Origin: a virus
Reading direction: 5' to 3' (one strand)
DNA length: 64,000 nucleotides
IMG/VR virus record: IMGVR_UViG_3300042516_001671
Coordinates: 31,468-95,467 of that record
In this document: positions 61,454-64,000 of the stretch, one piece after another
Position numbering within the stretch: position 1 is the stretch's first letter
Layout: the number at the start of each line of letters is the position of its first letter
Program-made: the position numbers and the translations under genes
The notes under the pieces: model-generated
Told to the model about the DNA's origin: nothing
The model's input: only the letters and a program-made list of their open reading frames with translations
Database searches by the model: none

Positions 61454-63187
61454 TCAGGCGCTCGTCGGCGTCGCCGTCAGTTCAGCGCCCATGATGGCAA
61501 TCTTCACCGGGTCGCTGCCGCTGACCTCGTACACGCGATCCCGCAGCTTGGTGGTCATGCCCAAACGCCGCCAGATCACGCGCTTGCCGTACTCACCAAT
61601 ATTGCCCATGCTAGCCCAGTGCTCGTTGCTCCACGTATGGCCGCCGTCGTCAGACCAGCGCAGCATGACCTGAGCCTCAAGAGACGTTTGTTTGAGATAT
61701 GCAGAGTACAGTTGAAAATTCTCAACCATCGTGTACAGCATAGAATTTTCTATGTACTGTACCCACTCTTGCCACAAATCTTCTGGATATGGTTGGTAGG
61801 CAGGAAGAGTTTCGTTGATTAAATAATCGTCAGCAATTAGGTAGTCTCTAAAATTGATTATTCCGTCATTGTTAATGTCACCAAGCATTCTTCCGTTAAA
61901 CACGGTTTTAAACAAGGTGTTGCCCGGCTCTGTGTCTGAACTGGCTTGAAAAATTCCGTTGTATAGATTGGTGCGCTGGATAACGTACAGATTCTTTTGA
62001 TTGCTCGGTCCCGTTTCGCAATCAAGTTGCAATGAATGTTGCGCTGTTCGTTTGAGGCTATTTTGGCCCGTGGGCAACGCCCTCCAAGAGCGCAGCCATC
62101 GTTGTGGGTTTGAGAAATCTTTGTACCAATTTAGGTCAAAAGTAAATAGGCAATTTTCTGTATTGTCTCCAAGCACAATTTGGCCGGCAAAGTTGGCTTG
62201 CGTTCCCGCTCTGTGTTTGGTAAATTGTCCGTTTTCCCAAAATGCCCTTTCGTGCCACGCTCCAGTTGACGCGTCAAAAACCCACGTTGCGTTGGCCCCG
62301 GGAAAAGTCAACGCATAAAACGAGTGCCCGTCCTGCTGATAGGTAAACGCAATCGCATCGTCAACAAAATTGTACGTTTGAATTTGCCATTCAACGGCAT
62401 GTGTGCTAACGCGAACAGCGTTGTACCCGTTATTGCGATAAACAATTCCGTTGCCGCGAGCGTCCGAGCCAAGCCAAAAAACGCTGTTGTCCAGCTTGGC
62501 CACGCTGTACGGGGCAAGGCAGCCCGTTTCCATGAACGCGCCCTGAATGCGCTCCAGCGGAAAGTCTGCGGCGCCAGCGTTGTACCAGACCTCGATGGTG
62601 TTGTTACCGAACAGCCAGACCTCGCGGTGGTCGACCATCAGCGAGACGATGTTGTCCGGGTTGCCTTCGGCGCTGGCAAAGTCCAGCGGGTCTACCGCGC
62701 TTCCGTCATTGAGCGACGTCACCCAGAACCTCTGGCTGTTGGGCTCGTTGAACACAAAGTACCCGTCCAGATAGCCCACCGTCACCGCGCCCGGAAAGTC
62801 GGGGTCTGTGACCTGCGCAAACACGCCCGTGCTGGAGTTGTAGATGAAGGCATCCGGGTTGCAGGCCACGAACAGTTGCGTGCCGTTGTCTGACATGCTT
62901 ACTTGGCCGCTGCCAGTAATTGCCCCCAAGTACGTTGTGTTAAAAAGCTCGTCCGACTTGTACAGACTTCCGCCAGAAGCAATGTACAAATTTGTTCCGA
63001 ACTTCCAAAGCCCGCGTATTGGCCCACTTCCAACCGTGCGAATAAGCCTTGATCCAGGGCACCGCTGGAGAAAAGCGGGCTCCTTGCCGCCGTCGGGCAC
63101 AACCTCGGGAAACAGGTTGACCATGCGGCTGTCCGCAGCATTGACGCTGCGAGCCACATACGACGAGCCAAGAATTGGCGTCTTCAC
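61454..63187 (-). CDS. Tail hub / DNA stabilization protein (P22 gp10-like)
   Basis: NLFPE, YLDGYF, FASAEGNPD, MLRWSDDGGHTWS...IGEY...WRRLG. Confidence 0.9.
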   Translation of the reverse strand: MKTPILGSSYVARSVNAADSRMVNLFPEVVPDGGKEPAFLQRCPGSRLIRTVGSGPIRGLWKFGTNLYIASGGSLYKSDELFNTTYLGAITGSGQVSMSDNGTQLFVACNPDAFIYNSSTGVFAQVTDPDFPGAVTVGYLDGYFVFNEPNSQRFWVTSLNDGSAVDPLDFASAEGNPDNIVSLMVDHREVWLFGNNTIEVWYNAGAADFPLERIQGAFMETGCLAPYSVAKLDNSVFWLGSDARGNGIVYRNNGYNAVRVSTHAVEWQIQTYNFVDDAIAFTYQQDGHSFYALTFPGANATWVFDASTGAWHERAFWENGQFTKHRAGTQANFAGQIVLGDNTENCLFTFDLNWYKDFSNPQRWLRSWRALPTGQNSLKRTAQHSLQLDCETGPSNQKNLYVIQRTNLYNGIFQASSDTEPGNTLFKTVFNGRMLGDINNDGIINFRDYLIADDYLINETLPAYQPYPEDLWQEWVQYIENSMLYTMVENFQLYSAYLKQTSLEAQVMLRWSDDGGHTWSNEHWASMGNIGEYGKRVIWRRLGMTTKLRDRVYEVSGSDPVKIAIMGAELTATPTSA

Positions 63188-63189
63188 GA

Positions 63190-63906
63190 TCAGTAATTCC
63201 CCGTGAAGATATTGAACCGCTGATTGCGCCGACCCATGATGTTGTACGGCATGGCCAGCAGGTCATCGGGGTTGTTGATGCGCTTCAGATCGCGCTTGGA
63301 CGACATGGCGATGCGCTGCACCGTGGGCGGGGCCTCGACGCCGAACTCGGCAGCGATCTCGCACGCAAGGTTGTACTTGAAGCACCGCAGGTAGCCCGGG
63401 GGGAACGCGAGCGTGGTGTTCAGCAGCGCGGGCTGCGCCAGTTCCTGCACGCTGACCAAGTGCCATTCCAGCGGCTTGGTAGGCACCGGGTACAGCGCCA
63501 TGGTGATGTCGGGGTGCGTGTTGTTCACCCACATCATCTGCGGGTAGGTGGACGTCACCGTCTTCAGCGCAATGTTGTTGTACTGGTCCTGGTTGATGAA
63601 GTACACCCCGAACGACACGCCGCTTTCGGTGTCGCGGAAGTACGACGAGGTGTCCAGTTGCACCGGCCGCGTGCCGACGAAATTACCAGTCGGCCCCAGT
63701 GTGCGGATGGCGTCGCCTGCGGGCCAAGTGAACACTTGATCCTGCGTGGAGTACACGGCCAGGCGCTCAGTGCTCCATGAGTCGAGCATCTGGTTCAGAG
63801 CCGCCAGCGCGTCCTGCGAGGTGGCGGCAGAGGGCGTTTCGCCCTCGGCAAGCTGGCCGATCAGCCGCAGTGCGGCGTTGATCTGGTCACCGGCTGTGGT
63901 GGACAT
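63190..63906 (-). CDS. Head-tail adaptor (P22 gp4-like)
   Basis: I..ALR.IG....GETP...AL..LN.MLDSW; YNLA.E.A.EFG. Confidence 0.8.
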   Translation of the reverse strand: MSTTAGDQINAALRLIGQLAEGETPSAATSQDALAALNQMLDSWSTERLAVYSTQDQVFTWPAGDAIRTLGPTGNFVGTRPVQLDTSSYFRDTESGVSFGVYFINQDQYNNIALKTVTSTYPQMMWVNNTHPDITMALYPVPTKPLEWHLVSVQELAQPALLNTTLAFPPGYLRCFKYNLACEIAAEFGVEAPPTVQRIAMSSKRDLKRINNPDDLLAMPYNIMGRRNQRFNIFTGNY

Positions 63907-64000
63907 CGGCAGACTCCCGTCGCCGCCTGCGCACGATCAGATCATTGACGGCAACAGGTGGCGTATCTTGCCCCGGAGTATACCTCTCCCACCCGTTTTG
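63887..64000 (-). CDS. Partial small phage protein (runs off the window end)
   Basis: ...QNGWERYTP...VRRRRR; stop overlaps the adaptor start. Confidence 0.5.
   Translation of the reverse strand, partial: QNGWERYTPGQDTPPVAVNDLIVRRRRRESADVHHSR

Noticed and set aside
1-64000. tRNA/rRNA genes, integrase, att sites, host genes
   Set aside because: None recognised by eye; tRNAscan-SE or Infernal would be needed to exclude them formally.

Overview
The whole window is tailed-phage (podovirus-like, P22-type portal and tail hub) DNA. I saw no host genes, integrase, tRNA or CRISPR array. It appears to hold parts of TWO related phage genomes in the same orientation. Segment A (1 to ~35 kb) has + strand small early genes and a C5 DNA methyltransferase, converging on a - strand virion module: a 2631-aa polyvalent protein, injection proteins, tail hub, lysozyme/holin and tail fibres. 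Segment B (~35.2-64 kb) has portal, terminases, an ori-like repeat region, a GP88-like gene, a primase-helicase, recombination genes, early genes, an M15 endolysin and a second set of injection/tail genes. No major capsid gene is visible. The top finding is at 50317-51197: an intergenic array of 46 GGC-NN pentamers, split into four blocks by GGTAC(A/G)Y heptamers, directly upstream of a solitary 192-aa RAMP/Cas7-like gene. This looks like a minimal non-CRISPR RNA-guided system in which the variable dinucleotides could spell a gapped target. Other notable items: a methyltransferase cassette bounded by a perfect 19-bp direct repeat and carrying a nested alternate-frame beta-subunit ORF; a GP88-like domain found both standalone and inside the polyvalent protein; and a putative anti-Shine-Dalgarno sRNA. 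All family assignments come from motif recognition by eye, not from database searches.
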